Assembly (NCBI GenBank): GCA_963422375.2
Contig: OY729428.2
Span: forward strand, 1,664,001-1,728,000
Direction: 5' to 3'
Length of the DNA stretch: 64,000 bases
Source of the DNA: Bryobacterales bacterium
Lineage (GTDB): Bacteria > Acidobacteriota > Terriglobia > Bryobacterales > UBA6623
In this document: positions 20,168 to 30,939 of the stretch, one piece after another
Position numbering within the stretch: the first letter of the stretch is position 1
Layout of the letters: every line of letters begins with the position of its first letter
Translations under genes and position numbers: made by a program
The notes under the pieces: model-generated
Told to the model about the DNA's origin: nothing
What the model saw: only the letters and a program-made list of their open reading frames with translations
Database searches by the model: none

Positions 20168-21526
20168 CTACGGCCGGATGATCGAGCCGTCCCGGCGGCG
20201 CGTGGTGCCCCAGCTGTAGTCGAAGGGCGTGTCGTAGCGCGAATCGAGGTCGTACTTCGCCGCGAGCCCCTCGTCGATTTCCATGCCCCAGCCGGGAGCC
20301 TCGTTCGGGAAGAAGAAGCCGTTCTCCAGCAGCGGGCAGCCCTGGAACACTTCGTGGACCGAGTCGGGCCACGTGCGCCCTTCTTGGATTCCGAAGTTGT
20401 AGCAGCTCACGTCGAGCGCGATGTTCGCGAGGTGTCCGACGGGCGAGGTGTCTCCCGGCCCGTGCCAGGCCGTGCGGACGCCGAACCATTCGCAGAGCGC
20501 GGCCAGCTTGCGGGCCGGGGTGAGCCCGCCGATCTGGGAGATATGGACGCGGATGAAGTCGATCAGCCGCTCGGCGATGAGTCCGGTGAACTCGTGCGGC
20601 GAGTTGAACAGCTCGCCCATGGCGATGGCGGTCGTCGTCTGGGACCGCATGTGGCGGAAGTATCCGATCTGCTCGGGAGACACCGGATCCTCGATGAAGA
20701 ACGGACGGTACTCCTCGACCCTCTTGAGCAGCCACATCGCCTGCGCGTTGGAGATGCGCTCGTGGACGTCGTGCAGAAGCTCGATCTCCTCCCCGACGTT
20801 CCTGCGCATGTGGTCGAAGAGCTTCGGAACGCTCAGCAGGTACGGCGTGGGTTCGTACATGCGCTCGGCGTGCGGGCCGCCCGACGGAGCGCCGAGAAAC
20901 CCGCCCGGGTTGCCGCCTTGGCTGCGTGCGCCGTAGTTCGCGTTGCCTGCGATTCCGACCTGTATCCGGACGTGGCGCACGCCCTCCTCGATGTAGGCCT
21001 GCGCCATGTCCTCGACCTCCTCCATGCTGGCCCCGGAGGCGTGGCGGTATACGTCCGCGCCGTTACGGGCCTTGCCTCCGAGCAAGGCGTAGACGGGCAT
21101 GTTGGCGCGCTTGCCCTTGATATCCCACAGGGCCTGGTCCACGCCGCTCATCGCGTTGTAGAGGACCGGGCCATTGCGCCAGTACGAGCTGACGTACATC
21201 GTCTGCCAGATGTCTTCGATGTGGTCGGGATTCTTGCCTTTGAGGAAGGGGCGCAGGAACTCGTCGACGGCGGTGACGACGGCCCTGGCCCGTTGCGTGA
21301 ACGTCGCGCAGCCGTAACCGTGCAGGCCCGGCTCGCTGGTCTCGACCTTCACGATCACCGTTCTAGGCAGGCCCGGAGGGGCGGTCAGGATCGCCTTGAC
21401 GTCAGTGATCTCGAGTTCGGGAAGGCCGCGCGTGGCCTGCCGCTCCTGAGCCGAGCCAACCCGCGTTGCGGGCAGCCCCGCGAGGCCGACGCCGGCCAGA
21501 CGCTTCAAGACACTGCGTCGTTTCAT
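20168..21526 (-). CDS. RspA-like / mandelate racemase-enolase superfamily dehydratase with Tat-like signal
   Basis: MKRRSVLK, GCATFTQR, SSYWRNGPV, LLHDVHER, FFIEDP, AMGEL, TAWHGPGD. Confidence 0.9.
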   Translation of the reverse strand: MKRRSVLKRLAGVGLAGLPATRVGSAQERQATRGLPELEITDVKAILTAPPGLPRTVIVKVETSEPGLHGYGCATFTQRARAVVTAVDEFLRPFLKGKNPDHIEDIWQTMYVSSYWRNGPVLYNAMSGVDQALWDIKGKRANMPVYALLGGKARNGADVYRHASGASMEEVEDMAQAYIEEGVRHVRIQVGIAGNANYGARSQGGNPGGFLGAPSGGPHAERMYEPTPYLLSVPKLFDHMRRNVGEEIELLHDVHERISNAQAMWLLKRVEEYRPFFIEDPVSPEQIGYFRHMRSQTTTAIAMGELFNSPHEFTGLIAERLIDFIRVHISQIGGLTPARKLAALCEWFGVRTAWHGPGDTSPVGHLANIALDVSCYNFGIQEGRTWPDSVHEVFQGCPLLENGFFFPNEAPGWGMEIDEGLAAKYDLDSRYDTPFDYSWGTTRRRDGSIIRP

Positions 21527-21824
21527 GGCGCCCATTGTACGTGCGCCCGGGTGCGCGGGCTGCCTGCGCCGACAGGCAGGGGACTGCGAGATTCCGGCAA
21601 TCGCGCCCAACGGAGCGTCTCGTAACATGGAAGTGTCGGCGTGTCGCGAGCCCGCCCGCCAGGTCCCGGATGGAGTCGGCTGGGCGGACGACGCTCCGCC
21701 GGCCTGCCGCGGTCCGCTCGCTTCGCTCCCCGACGACTGCGAGCATGCGCCCAATGAATTCGGAGTCTCAGGCGGGGCCGCCGGCCGCTGCCCCGGGTGC
21801 GAGCGGGGATCGGGCCTTCCAGCA

Positions 21825-22757
21825 ATGCGCGCCCTAGTCTCAGGCGGCGCGGGGTTCATCGGCTCGCATCTCTGCGAGCGCCTGCTGGCGGACGGTCATC
21901 AGGTCGTCGCTGTGGACAATCTCTCGACCGGCCGGGCCGAGAACCTAGGTCACCTCCGGCGGCGCTCCGCATTCCGACTGGTCGAGCACGACATCTGCGA
22001 GCCGTTCGAGGTCGGCGGGCCGTTCGTTGCGGTGTACAACCTAGCCTCCCCGGCCAGCCCGCGGGACTACCTCGCGCTGCCCGTCGAGACCCTCCTGGCC
22101 GGGGCCTTGGGCACGCGCAACATGCTCGAGATCGCGCGACGCGACGGCGCCGTGTTCGTGCAGGTGTCGACCTCGGAGACCTACGGAGATCCGCTCGTGC
22201 ATCCGCAGCCCGAGACGTACTGGGGCAACGTCAACCCAGTGGGCCCGCGCGCCGTGTACGACGAGGCGAAGCGGTTCGCGGAAGCTCTGACCATGGCCTA
22301 CTGCCGCGAGTTCGGCGTGCGGACGCGGCTGCCGCGCCTCTTCAACACCTACGGCCCGCGGATGAAGCGCGGCGACGGCCGCGTCCTGCCTGCCTTTCTC
22401 GAGCAGGCCCTGCGCGGGGAGCCCCTCACCGTGTTCGGCGACGGCTCCCAGACCCGCAGCTTCTGCTACGTATCGGACATCGTCGGCGGACTGACGCTCC
22501 TGACGGGCTGTCCGGAGACGGGTCCCGTCAACCTCGGCGGAACGTCGGAGATGACGGTGCTCGAGCTCGCGCGCATGGTGCAGCGCTTGGCCGGGATGTC
22601 GACGGGAATTCGTCACATGCCCCTGCCGCAGGACGACCCGAAGCGCAGGCAGCCCGACATAGCGAAGGCGGTCGGCCGGCTCGGCTGGCGCCCCCGTGTC
22701 TCCATGGAAGAAGGACTGCGTCGGACACTCGACTGGCTGCGGGAGACCGGTCCCTGA
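21825..22757 (+). CDS. UDP-glucuronate decarboxylase family (extended SDR)
   Basis: SGGAGFIGSHL, LASPASP, STSETYGDP..HPQPETYWGNVNP.GPR..YDEAKR, FNTYGPRM, DDPKRRQPDI. Confidence 0.92.
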   Translation: MRALVSGGAGFIGSHLCERLLADGHQVVAVDNLSTGRAENLGHLRRRSAFRLVEHDICEPFEVGGPFVAVYNLASPASPRDYLALPVETLLAGALGTRNMLEIARRDGAVFVQVSTSETYGDPLVHPQPETYWGNVNPVGPRAVYDEAKRFAEALTMAYCREFGVRTRLPRLFNTYGPRMKRGDGRVLPAFLEQALRGEPLTVFGDGSQTRSFCYVSDIVGGLTLLTGCPETGPVNLGGTSEMTVLELARMVQRLAGMSTGIRHMPLPQDDPKRRQPDIAKAVGRLGWRPRVSMEEGLRRTLDWLRETGP

Positions 22758-22802
22758 CCGTCTGCGCCCGGTCCGGCGCCTGCTTGCCAGAATGGTTTCT
22801 CG

Positions 22803-23510
22803 ATGCCCCGACGCGCGCCGTTGCGGTTCCTCCTGACCAACGACGACGGGATCGAAGCGCCCGGCTTGGCCGCCTTGGAAGCCGCCCTTCCGCGAGAGTC
22901 GGAATCGATCGTCATCGCTCCGACCTCTGAGCGGTCCGCGTGCAGCCACCAGGTCACGACCTCCAGTCCGTTTCGAGCCCGGGCCGTGGACGACCGCCGG
23001 ATTGCAGTGGACGCGCTTCCCGCGGATTGCGTGCGCGTCGCGGCGCACGATCACGCAAGCCGCTTCGACTGGGTGCTGGCCGGCATCAACAACGGCGCCA
23101 ACCTAGGCGCCGACGTGTACTATTCGGGAACCGTGGCGGCAGTGCGCGAGGCCGCCCTGTTCGGGCTCCCGGCGATCGCGCTGTCGCACTACCGGGACCG
23201 CGTCCTAGGGCGCGACGACTGGTCGCGCGCCACTCGCTGGGTGCGCGACCTCCTGCCAGGCCTGCTCCGGCGCCCGCTCGGGCGCGGAGAGTACTGGAAC
23301 GTGAACCTGCCGAGCCTCGCCCCGGGCCCGGCGGAACCGACCGTCGTGGAATGTGACGTGGACACCAGCCCCATGGAGCTGTCGTACGACGCCCGAGGCG
23401 ACCGCTACCTGTACGACGGCGTCTACAGCCGGCGCGGTCGCCTGCCGGGCTGTGACGTGGATCAGTGCTTCGCGGGCAGCATCACCGTCTCGCGTCTCCG
23501 CCTGCGATAG
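22803..23510 (+). CDS. surE: 5'/3'-nucleotidase SurE
   Basis: LLTNDDGIEAPG, PADCV, GINNGANLG.DVYYSGTVAAVRE. Confidence 0.93.
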   Translation: MPRRAPLRFLLTNDDGIEAPGLAALEAALPRESESIVIAPTSERSACSHQVTTSSPFRARAVDDRRIAVDALPADCVRVAAHDHASRFDWVLAGINNGANLGADVYYSGTVAAVREAALFGLPAIALSHYRDRVLGRDDWSRATRWVRDLLPGLLRRPLGRGEYWNVNLPSLAPGPAEPTVVECDVDTSPMELSYDARGDRYLYDGVYSRRGRLPGCDVDQCFAGSITVSRLRLR

Positions 23511-23597
23511 GGCTCCGGCAAGAGGGTCCCCTCGCGGCTCGGTGGATGGTGCTTGCCATTCGCTCTCGGTCAGACGAGACTATGAAGGCTGGCCCGC

Positions 23598-24098
23598 TTG
23601 GCGGCCCCGTACGAAGCGAAGGCTGTGGCCAACTTCGTCCTTTCGCGGAAGAGGCTTGAGCAGATGCACCTTCACAAGCTTCTCTATAACGCTCACGGCT
23701 GGCACTCGGGCATTGAGGGGGAGCCGCTGCTCGATGAGATGGTCCAGGCATGGGACTACGGTCCAGACGTGCCGTCGATCCATTACGAGTTCAGAGACTT
23801 CGGACCGTCTCCAATTGACCGCCTTGCCGTAAGGATTCGCTGGGAACAGGGAAGCGTCCGGATGCATGTCCCGCACGTCGACCCTGACGACGAGTCGGCA
23901 GGCGTAATCCTGCGGAGAGTCCGGAGAGTGTACGCGAAGCGGTCTGGAGTCGAGCTTTCGCGCCTGATCAATGTGCCTCAGACGCCTCGGTCCGAGACCC
24001 GTCGCAAGTATCCCAAGATCCGGCGTGTCGTCACACCGAACGAAGCGATCCAGGCGTACTTCGAAACCCGTGTTCGGCAGGAGCGTGATGCCGCGTGA
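23598..24098 (+). CDS. Panacea/SocA (DUF4065) antitoxin-like protein, probably decaying
   Basis: AKAVANF..LHKLLY.AHGWH....EPL......AWDYGP.VPSI..EF..FG; conserved Trp positions read Arg (VRRVY, TPR). Confidence 0.75.
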   Translation: MAAPYEAKAVANFVLSRKRLEQMHLHKLLYNAHGWHSGIEGEPLLDEMVQAWDYGPDVPSIHYEFRDFGPSPIDRLAVRIRWEQGSVRMHVPHVDPDDESAGVILRRVRRVYAKRSGVELSRLINVPQTPRSETRRKYPKIRRVVTPNEAIQAYFETRVRQERDAA

Positions 24099-24259
24099 AT
24101 CCGGCTGCTGGCTCGCCCTCTCCAATCCGATTCCGGCGGCGGAGCGTCCGCCCGGTTATGCGTCGGAGAGACCGTCCAGTATTCCAAGCTGCTAGGTCTC
24201 CGATCCCCGGATGATCTGCCCTGAGAGCGGGCCGAGAGGAGGAAATATGCCGCTAGATA

Positions 24260-24514
24260 GTGCTTGTGACAAAACCCCTGAATTCTGGCCCGATCAGCAT
24301 TTCATACTACATCCTGAGGTCGGATGGATCTCCAAACACAACATATAGCGCCCAATGTCGGAAGTTGCTCAGACGCCAATCGCGAAGATTTCCGCGCTCT
24401 ACCCAGAATCGCCAGGATTTCGGATTAGTCGTAGCATTCCAGCGAAATCTTCGCCTTGAGAGATTGGACCTAATGCCTTTGTTGTCAAGGGGATACGAGT
24501 TTTGTCACGGGCAC
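24260..24514. mobile_element. 255-bp MITE, copy 1
   Basis: TIRs GTGCTTGTGACAAAAC / GTTTTGTCACGGGCAC; 6-bp TSD TAGATA (24254-24259, 24515-24520); near-identical inverted copy at 26570-26824. Confidence 0.9.
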
Positions 24515-24934
24515 TAGATATCTTCGGCTGGTCGTCGAGTGGCCTGTGGTATCCGCGGGAATCTTGCCTGGACGGGGGGTGCTTGCTTCCGGGGTAGGCC
24601 CGGCGTCGTTGAGTGTTGCGCTGGCCGCGATTGCCGGAACGCCGGCTAGCGGGCGCGTCTTTCGCCGCCCCGGACCTGATTCCATCGGGCCGATGGTGTC
24701 TCCAATCACCGAGTCCAGGTCGTGCGACAGATTGCGGCAACGGGGCCAGGGGGGTGGATACGTGCCTTGTCGGAGCCTCCCAACGCCGCCTTGCCGCTGC
24801 CGGCGGGTGAGATCCCGCCCGCACGCCCAGGGCAGCTCCGTTCTCTGGCCGTGAGCAGCCGGTAGCGTCTCCGGGCTTCGGACAGGCCGGCTCGGACTCG
24901 AAGGCGGCCGTGAGACAATCCGAACTGGACCGCC

Positions 24935-25696
24935 TTGGCGCGCACCCGTGTGGATCAGTTGCTTGTCGAGCGGGGCCTCGTCGAATCCCGCCAAAGGGCG
25001 CATGCCATGGTCTTGGCCGGCGATGTCCTGATCGACGGGCAGAAGGCGGACAAGCCCGGGCGGCAGGTTCCGCCGGACGCTGCCGTCCGGCTCCTGCGCG
25101 AGCGCCCGCCGTTCGTCAGCCGAGCGGGCCTGAAGCTGGACGCCGCCATCCGGCATTTCGAAATCGACTTGGCGCGGAAGCGGTGCCTCGACATCGGGGC
25201 GTCGACCGGAGGGTTCACGGACTGCATGCTGCAGCGCGGGGCCGCCACTGTCTATGCCGTGGACGTGGGCATCGGGCAGCTTCACTGGAGCGTCCGCAAC
25301 GACGAGAGAGTGGTCGTCCGCGAGCGGCTGAACGCCCGGCACCTTACGCTCGGCGAGATCGGCGAGCCCGTCGACTTCCTCTGCTGCGATGTGAGCTTCA
25401 TCTCGGTCACGAAGATCCTGCCCCGCTTTCCGCTGGTGCTCCGGCCCGGCAGCCAAGCGGTGGTTCTCGCCAAGCCCCAGTTCGAGGTCGGCAAGGGCGA
25501 GGTCGGCAAGGGCGGTGTCGTGCGCGACGCGGAGCAGCACCGCCGAGTCGTGCAGAGCGTTCGCTCCGCCATGCTTGATTGCGGGTTCGGCCCGGTGGAC
25601 TGGATCGAGAGCCCGATCCAGGGTGCCGCTGGCAACCGGGAGTTCCTGCTCCGGGGCGACGACTTCCGTCCGTCCCGCTGCGGGGTGAGCGCGTGA
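24935..25696 (+). CDS. tlyA: TlyA-family rRNA methyltransferase
   Basis: S4 domain, FVSRAGLKL, LDIGASTGGFTD, DVSFIS, KPQFEVG, GNREFL. Confidence 0.95.
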   Translation: MARTRVDQLLVERGLVESRQRAHAMVLAGDVLIDGQKADKPGRQVPPDAAVRLLRERPPFVSRAGLKLDAAIRHFEIDLARKRCLDIGASTGGFTDCMLQRGAATVYAVDVGIGQLHWSVRNDERVVVRERLNARHLTLGEIGEPVDFLCCDVSFISVTKILPRFPLVLRPGSQAVVLAKPQFEVGKGEVGKGGVVRDAEQHRRVVQSVRSAMLDCGFGPVDWIESPIQGAAGNREFLLRGDDFRPSRCGVSA

Positions 25697-26550
25697 TCCG
25701 TCGAATCGGCGTTGTCAGCAAGCCGGGACGGGACGATATCCCGGACCTGCTAAGTTTCCTCGCGACCTGGTGCGCGGAACGGCGGATCGAGCTGGTCGTT
25801 GACGAGCCCTCGGCGGACTACCTGCGGCGCAGCGACGGCAGCCCTCGGGCAATCTTGCCGGAAGGCTGCGACCTGATTACGGTTCTGGGAGGGGACGGCA
25901 CCCTGCTGTCGGCGGCAAGGGCGGTCGGGAATCGCCAGACGCCTCTGCTGGCGGTCAACCTCGGGGGGCTCGGCTTCATGATGACGACCGGCCCGGAGGA
26001 GCTGCCGGCGGCCCTGGCCTGCGTCGAGCGGTCCGACTACGCCCGCGACTCGCGAATGGTCCTCGAGGCGCACCTAGTCCGCAACGGGGAGCCCTTGGGC
26101 CGCTTCTTCGCGCTCAACGACGTCGTCGTCGCGAACGGCGCCGTGGCCCGGCTGCTGCATCTCGAGGCGTACGCGGACGGGGAGTACGTTTGCGGCTATC
26201 GCTCTGACGGGCTGATCCTCTCGACGCCGACCGGCTCGACGGCGTACTCCCTCTCGGCCGGCGGTCCGGTCATGGCGCCGGACGTGGCGGCGCTGTCCCT
26301 GACGCCCATCTGCCCGCACACTCTCTCGAACCGCTCGGTGGTCCTGCCGGCTACTGCCAAGGTCGAGATTCGCGTGTCTGCGGGCGACGAGGAGAACTAT
26401 CTCAGCATCGACGGCCAGGTGGGGCGGCACCTCGAGCCGCAGGACCGCATCCGCGCCCGGATGGCCGGCCACACGGTGGACATCATCCAGACGAGGAGCG
26501 TGCCGTACTTCGACGTGCTGCGGAGCAAGATGCGCTGGGGCGACCGCTAG
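25693..26550 (+). CDS. nadK: NAD(+) kinase
   Basis: LGGDGTLL, VNLGGLGF, ALNDVV, DGLILSTPTGSTAYSLSAGGP; GTG start overlaps the tlyA stop. Confidence 0.95.
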   Translation: MIRRIGVVSKPGRDDIPDLLSFLATWCAERRIELVVDEPSADYLRRSDGSPRAILPEGCDLITVLGGDGTLLSAARAVGNRQTPLLAVNLGGLGFMMTTGPEELPAALACVERSDYARDSRMVLEAHLVRNGEPLGRFFALNDVVVANGAVARLLHLEAYADGEYVCGYRSDGLILSTPTGSTAYSLSAGGPVMAPDVAALSLTPICPHTLSNRSVVLPATAKVEIRVSAGDEENYLSIDGQVGRHLEPQDRIRARMAGHTVDIIQTRSVPYFDVLRSKMRWGDR

Positions 26551-26569
26551 GCGGCCGGGCCGCCAGCTA

Positions 26570-26824
26570 GTGCCTGTGACAAAACTCGTATCCCCTTGAC
26601 AACAAAGGCGTTAGGTCCAATCTCTCAAGGCGAAGATTTCACTGGAATGCTACGACTGGTCCGAAATCCTGCCAATTCTGGGTAGAGCGCGGAAATCTTC
26701 GCGATTGGCGTCTGAGCAACTTCCGACCTTGGGCCCTATATGTTGTGTTTGGAGATCCATCCGACCTCAGGATGTAGTATGAAATGCTGATCGGGCCAGA
26801 GTTCAGGGGTTTTGTCACAAGCAC
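26570..26824. mobile_element. 255-bp MITE, copy 2 (inverted relative to copy 1)
   Basis: TIRs GTGCCTGTGACAAAAC / GTTTTGTCACAAGCAC; 6-bp TSD CAGCTA (26564-26569, 26825-26830). Confidence 0.9.
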
Positions 26825-26827
26825 CAG

Positions 26828-28027
26828 CTAGCCGCTGACCAGCGGCAGGGCGGCGAAGAAGACCACGCATGCGCCGAGCGCGACGTTAATCCACATCGGG
26901 TTACGGCTCTCCCGTCCCACCCACGCGCGCCGGTTGTTGAGCAGCAGGAGGGTCAGGGCTAGCAGCGGCAGGAACAGCGCTCCTAGAACGCCGTAGGTCA
27001 GCTGGATCTGGCGGACAGGGGCGTTCAGCAGAAACAGCGGCACTACCGCCACGAGCGCGACGGACAGCCTGTACGGAGCCGAGGACCGTAGGTCGCCGTC
27101 CGCTCCCGTCCTCAGCCGCGCGAAGTTGGCGAACAAGTACGGGATGCTCTGCCAGACCCCCAGCAGGCTGGAGAAGACGGCGCCCCAGAATCCCGCCAGG
27201 AACACCCACTTGCCTGTCGGGCCGATGGCTCCTGCGAGCCGGTCCGCCATCTGGGTGGCGAGCGCGGCGCCGCCCCCGGCTACGTCGATCTGCGAGCCGA
27301 TAACGATCACGCAGAATCCGAAGATCGCGGTCACCCCGTTGCCCACGCCGAGGTCGATCCTGCAGGTCTTCAACATGTCGCGGCCGCGCCGGTCCTGCTC
27401 CCGGATCCAGTAGCCGTACGACAGCAGGGTCACCGTCCCGCCCACGCCTCCCAGGACTGCCAGCACCCACGAGCCGCCGTCCGCTGGCATCGTCGGCACC
27501 AGCCCGGCGGCCAGCTCCCCGAGAGGCGGCGCGATGAGAGCGGTCGTCGCGACGACCGTCACGAACATCAGCCCGATCAGGGCCGACATGATCGATTCGA
27601 AGGCCTTGAAGCTGCCGCGCAGTACGATCGCCAATCCGGCGAGCGAATGGATTGCGGCCCAGATCACGACGGAGGTCTGGGTTTCACCGACCGGCAGCAG
27701 GGCCGTTCCCGCCACGCCGCAGGCGTTCGCCAAGGCGCGCCCTACCACCACGGCAAATAGCGAAAGATAGGCGAGAAACACCCACCGGATCCAGCTTCCC
27801 AGCTTGTCGTTCCAGCCTTCGAGCAGGGTGGTGCCGGTCGCGAGCTGCCAGCGGGCCACGCCTTCGCTGAGGACGAACTTGAGGAAGGCACCCGCCGCAA
27901 CTGCCCACAGCACGGTCGTGCCCAGTTCCGCCCCGGCCAGAGTCCCGGTCATCAGGTCTCCCGCGCCGACTCCCGTGGCGGCCATCATCAGGCCGGGGGC
28001 TATCACGCGGTACCAATTCGCTTTCAT
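26828..28027 (-). CDS. Nramp-family divalent metal transporter-like protein
   Basis: IAPGLMMAATGVGAGDL, LGGVGGTVTLLSYGYW, WGAVFSSLLG; many TM segments. Confidence 0.85.
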   Translation of the reverse strand: MKANWYRVIAPGLMMAATGVGAGDLMTGTLAGAELGTTVLWAVAAGAFLKFVLSEGVARWQLATGTTLLEGWNDKLGSWIRWVFLAYLSLFAVVVGRALANACGVAGTALLPVGETQTSVVIWAAIHSLAGLAIVLRGSFKAFESIMSALIGLMFVTVVATTALIAPPLGELAAGLVPTMPADGGSWVLAVLGGVGGTVTLLSYGYWIREQDRRGRDMLKTCRIDLGVGNGVTAIFGFCVIVIGSQIDVAGGGAALATQMADRLAGAIGPTGKWVFLAGFWGAVFSSLLGVWQSIPYLFANFARLRTGADGDLRSSAPYRLSVALVAVVPLFLLNAPVRQIQLTYGVLGALFLPLLALTLLLLNNRRAWVGRESRNPMWINVALGACVVFFAALPLVSG

Positions 28028-28193
28028 CGGTAGCTCCGGGCCGCCGCTAGGCTGCGCAGATAGCCTATCGAATCGCGAGAAGGGCTCCCGGGATCTAGCT
28101 CGCTGCGCTGGCAAGGAGCTCTGCGAATCTCCCGGCGATGGTCTTCCCGTCCGCCCGGACCTGCTGCCAGGATGTGAGACGATAGCGAGCGCC

Positions 28194-29717
28194 ATGCAGG
28201 AATCGCTGTCCAGACGGGCCTTCGTTGGCATCGCCACCGGGGCGGTCGGTGCCGTTTCGTGCTCCACCGGTCAACCCGAGGCCGCCGCGCTCCCGAATTT
28301 CGTGCTCTGCATGGGGGACGACCACGGCTGGCACGAGACCGGCTACAACGGCCACGGCTACGTGCAGACGCCGGTCCTTGACGAAATGGCGGCTGCCGGG
28401 CTCCGCCTCGACCGCTTCTACTCGGCCGCGCCGGTCTGCTCCCCCACGCGCGGGAGCGTGATGACCGGACGCCATCCGAACCGATACGGCACCTTCAGCG
28501 CGAACTGGTCGATCCGTCCGGAGGAAATCGGGATCGCCCGGATCCTCAGCGAGGCAGGCTATGCCTGCGGCCATTTCGGCAAGTGGCACCTCGGCCCGGT
28601 GAAGGCCGGTTCCCCGACCAATCCGGGGGCGTTCGGATTCGAGGAATGGCTGTCTCACGACAATTTCTTCGAGTTGGATCCGTATCTGTCGCACAACGGC
28701 GGACCGCCGGAAAGGCACGTGGGCGAGAGCTCGCAGATCGTGGTCGAGGCGGCGACCCACTTCATCGGCAAGGCCAAGGCGGCCGGCAGGCCGTTTTTCG
28801 TCGTGATCTGGTTTGGCTCGCCGCACGAGCCGTACAGCGGACTCGAAGCCGATCTCGAGCCGTATTCGGATCTACCCCCAAGCCTTGCCGACGTCACGAC
28901 ACGCATGACCTCGGAGGAGACCGGCGGTCGAGCCGAGTTCCCGCTTGACAAGGTCCTGCAGGCCCGCTTCGCCGAGATCACGGCCATGGACCGGGCTATC
29001 GGCGACTTGCGGATGCAGCTTCGGAGCGAGGGCCTGCGCGACACCACCATGCTGTGGTATTGCAGCGACAACGGCGCTCCGTCCGAGGGTCGCTTCGAGT
29101 CCCCGCTGCGCGCCAGCAAGGGCACTGTCTACGAGGGCGGCCTCCGCGTCCCTTCCGTCATCGAGTGGCCCGGTCGCATCGCCCGGCCGATGTGGAGCGG
29201 CGTCCACGCCGTGACGAGCGACATCCTTCCTACGGTTTGCGAGCTGGCAGGCCGGGCGCTTCCCGAGCGGCCCTTGGACGGGATCAGCTTGGTGCCACTA
29301 CTCGACGGCTTGATGAGCGAGCGGCCGGCGCCGATCTGCTTCTGGCGCTTTGAAGGCAATCCGGAGGGGACTGGCGAGCCCTACATCGATCCAGAGCTGC
29401 AGGAAGGCACGACCCCGCTGGTGAAGAAGATGGACGGTCGCTTCACCCGCAATTTCCGGAACTTCCGCTACGAGAACTTCGATAACGGCGATTTCGCCGG
29501 CCCCAAGGCGATCTTAGGCGACCGATACAAGCTGGTGATGGACGGCGAAGGAGCCGGTGCCGATCCAGTTCGCGAGCTCTTCGACATGAGGGAGGACCCG
29601 GGCGAGACCCGCGACCTCGCGAGTTCCGAGCCGGCCACCGTGGAGCACTTGGAACGCGAGCTGCGACAATGGCAGCGGTCCGTGCTGCAGAGTCTGACAG
29701 GTACTGACTACGCTTGA
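28194..29717 (+). CDS. Sulfatase (Tat-exported, possible lipoprotein)
   Basis: LSRRAF, PNFVLCMGDDHG, CSPTR, GKWHLG, SDNG. Confidence 0.92.
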   Translation: MQESLSRRAFVGIATGAVGAVSCSTGQPEAAALPNFVLCMGDDHGWHETGYNGHGYVQTPVLDEMAAAGLRLDRFYSAAPVCSPTRGSVMTGRHPNRYGTFSANWSIRPEEIGIARILSEAGYACGHFGKWHLGPVKAGSPTNPGAFGFEEWLSHDNFFELDPYLSHNGGPPERHVGESSQIVVEAATHFIGKAKAAGRPFFVVIWFGSPHEPYSGLEADLEPYSDLPPSLADVTTRMTSEETGGRAEFPLDKVLQARFAEITAMDRAIGDLRMQLRSEGLRDTTMLWYCSDNGAPSEGRFESPLRASKGTVYEGGLRVPSVIEWPGRIARPMWSGVHAVTSDILPTVCELAGRALPERPLDGISLVPLLDGLMSERPAPICFWRFEGNPEGTGEPYIDPELQEGTTPLVKKMDGRFTRNFRNFRYENFDNGDFAGPKAILGDRYKLVMDGEGAGADPVRELFDMREDPGETRDLASSEPATVEHLERELRQWQRSVLQSLTGTDYA

Positions 29718-29741
29718 CGGCGGACACTGCCGGCGGGTCCC

Positions 29742-30503
<762 letters not shown>

Positions 30504-30939
30504 GGCGAGCGCATTGCAGTCTACCAGTCCCGGTCGCGTGCGAGTCTCTCGGTTGTCGTCGAGCGATGCCGTCCTCCGACGGTTCGGCCCCGTCCCTTGG
30601 CCATCGAGCTTCCGGGTCCCTTGGTGTGTGCTGGCTTCCGTGCTCGCGTCCGCGAGCCGTCTCCCAGGCCGCGGATACGACGATCGCCGCCGGGAGTTGA
30701 CGTCTAGCGCAAGGGCTGCGGGCTGAGGATGATGTACGATTGTTGCAGTCGAATGGCCGGGCATCTGTGTGTTCCAAGGTCATTTGCGAGGCGCTGCTAC
30801 GAGTGGCGACCACGTCCGGGTCATTTGGCGAAGGCGTTACGCTCGTGTATTCGCTGGCGCGCAGGCGATTCGCTATCTTGGTGCCAGACGGGTGTTGCGG
30901 CCCATCCAGCGGAACTGTCGGGGTGATCGGCAAGGGAAT

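Noticed and set aside
24260..24517. 85-aa ORF spanning MITE copy 1
   Set aside because: The equivalent frame in copy 2 has an early stop (61 aa) and no family motif; probably incidental or a transposase-end vestige
24260..26824. Composite transposon carrying tlyA-nadK
   Set aside because: Each MITE has its own distinct TSD and the outer flanks differ, so they are independent insertions
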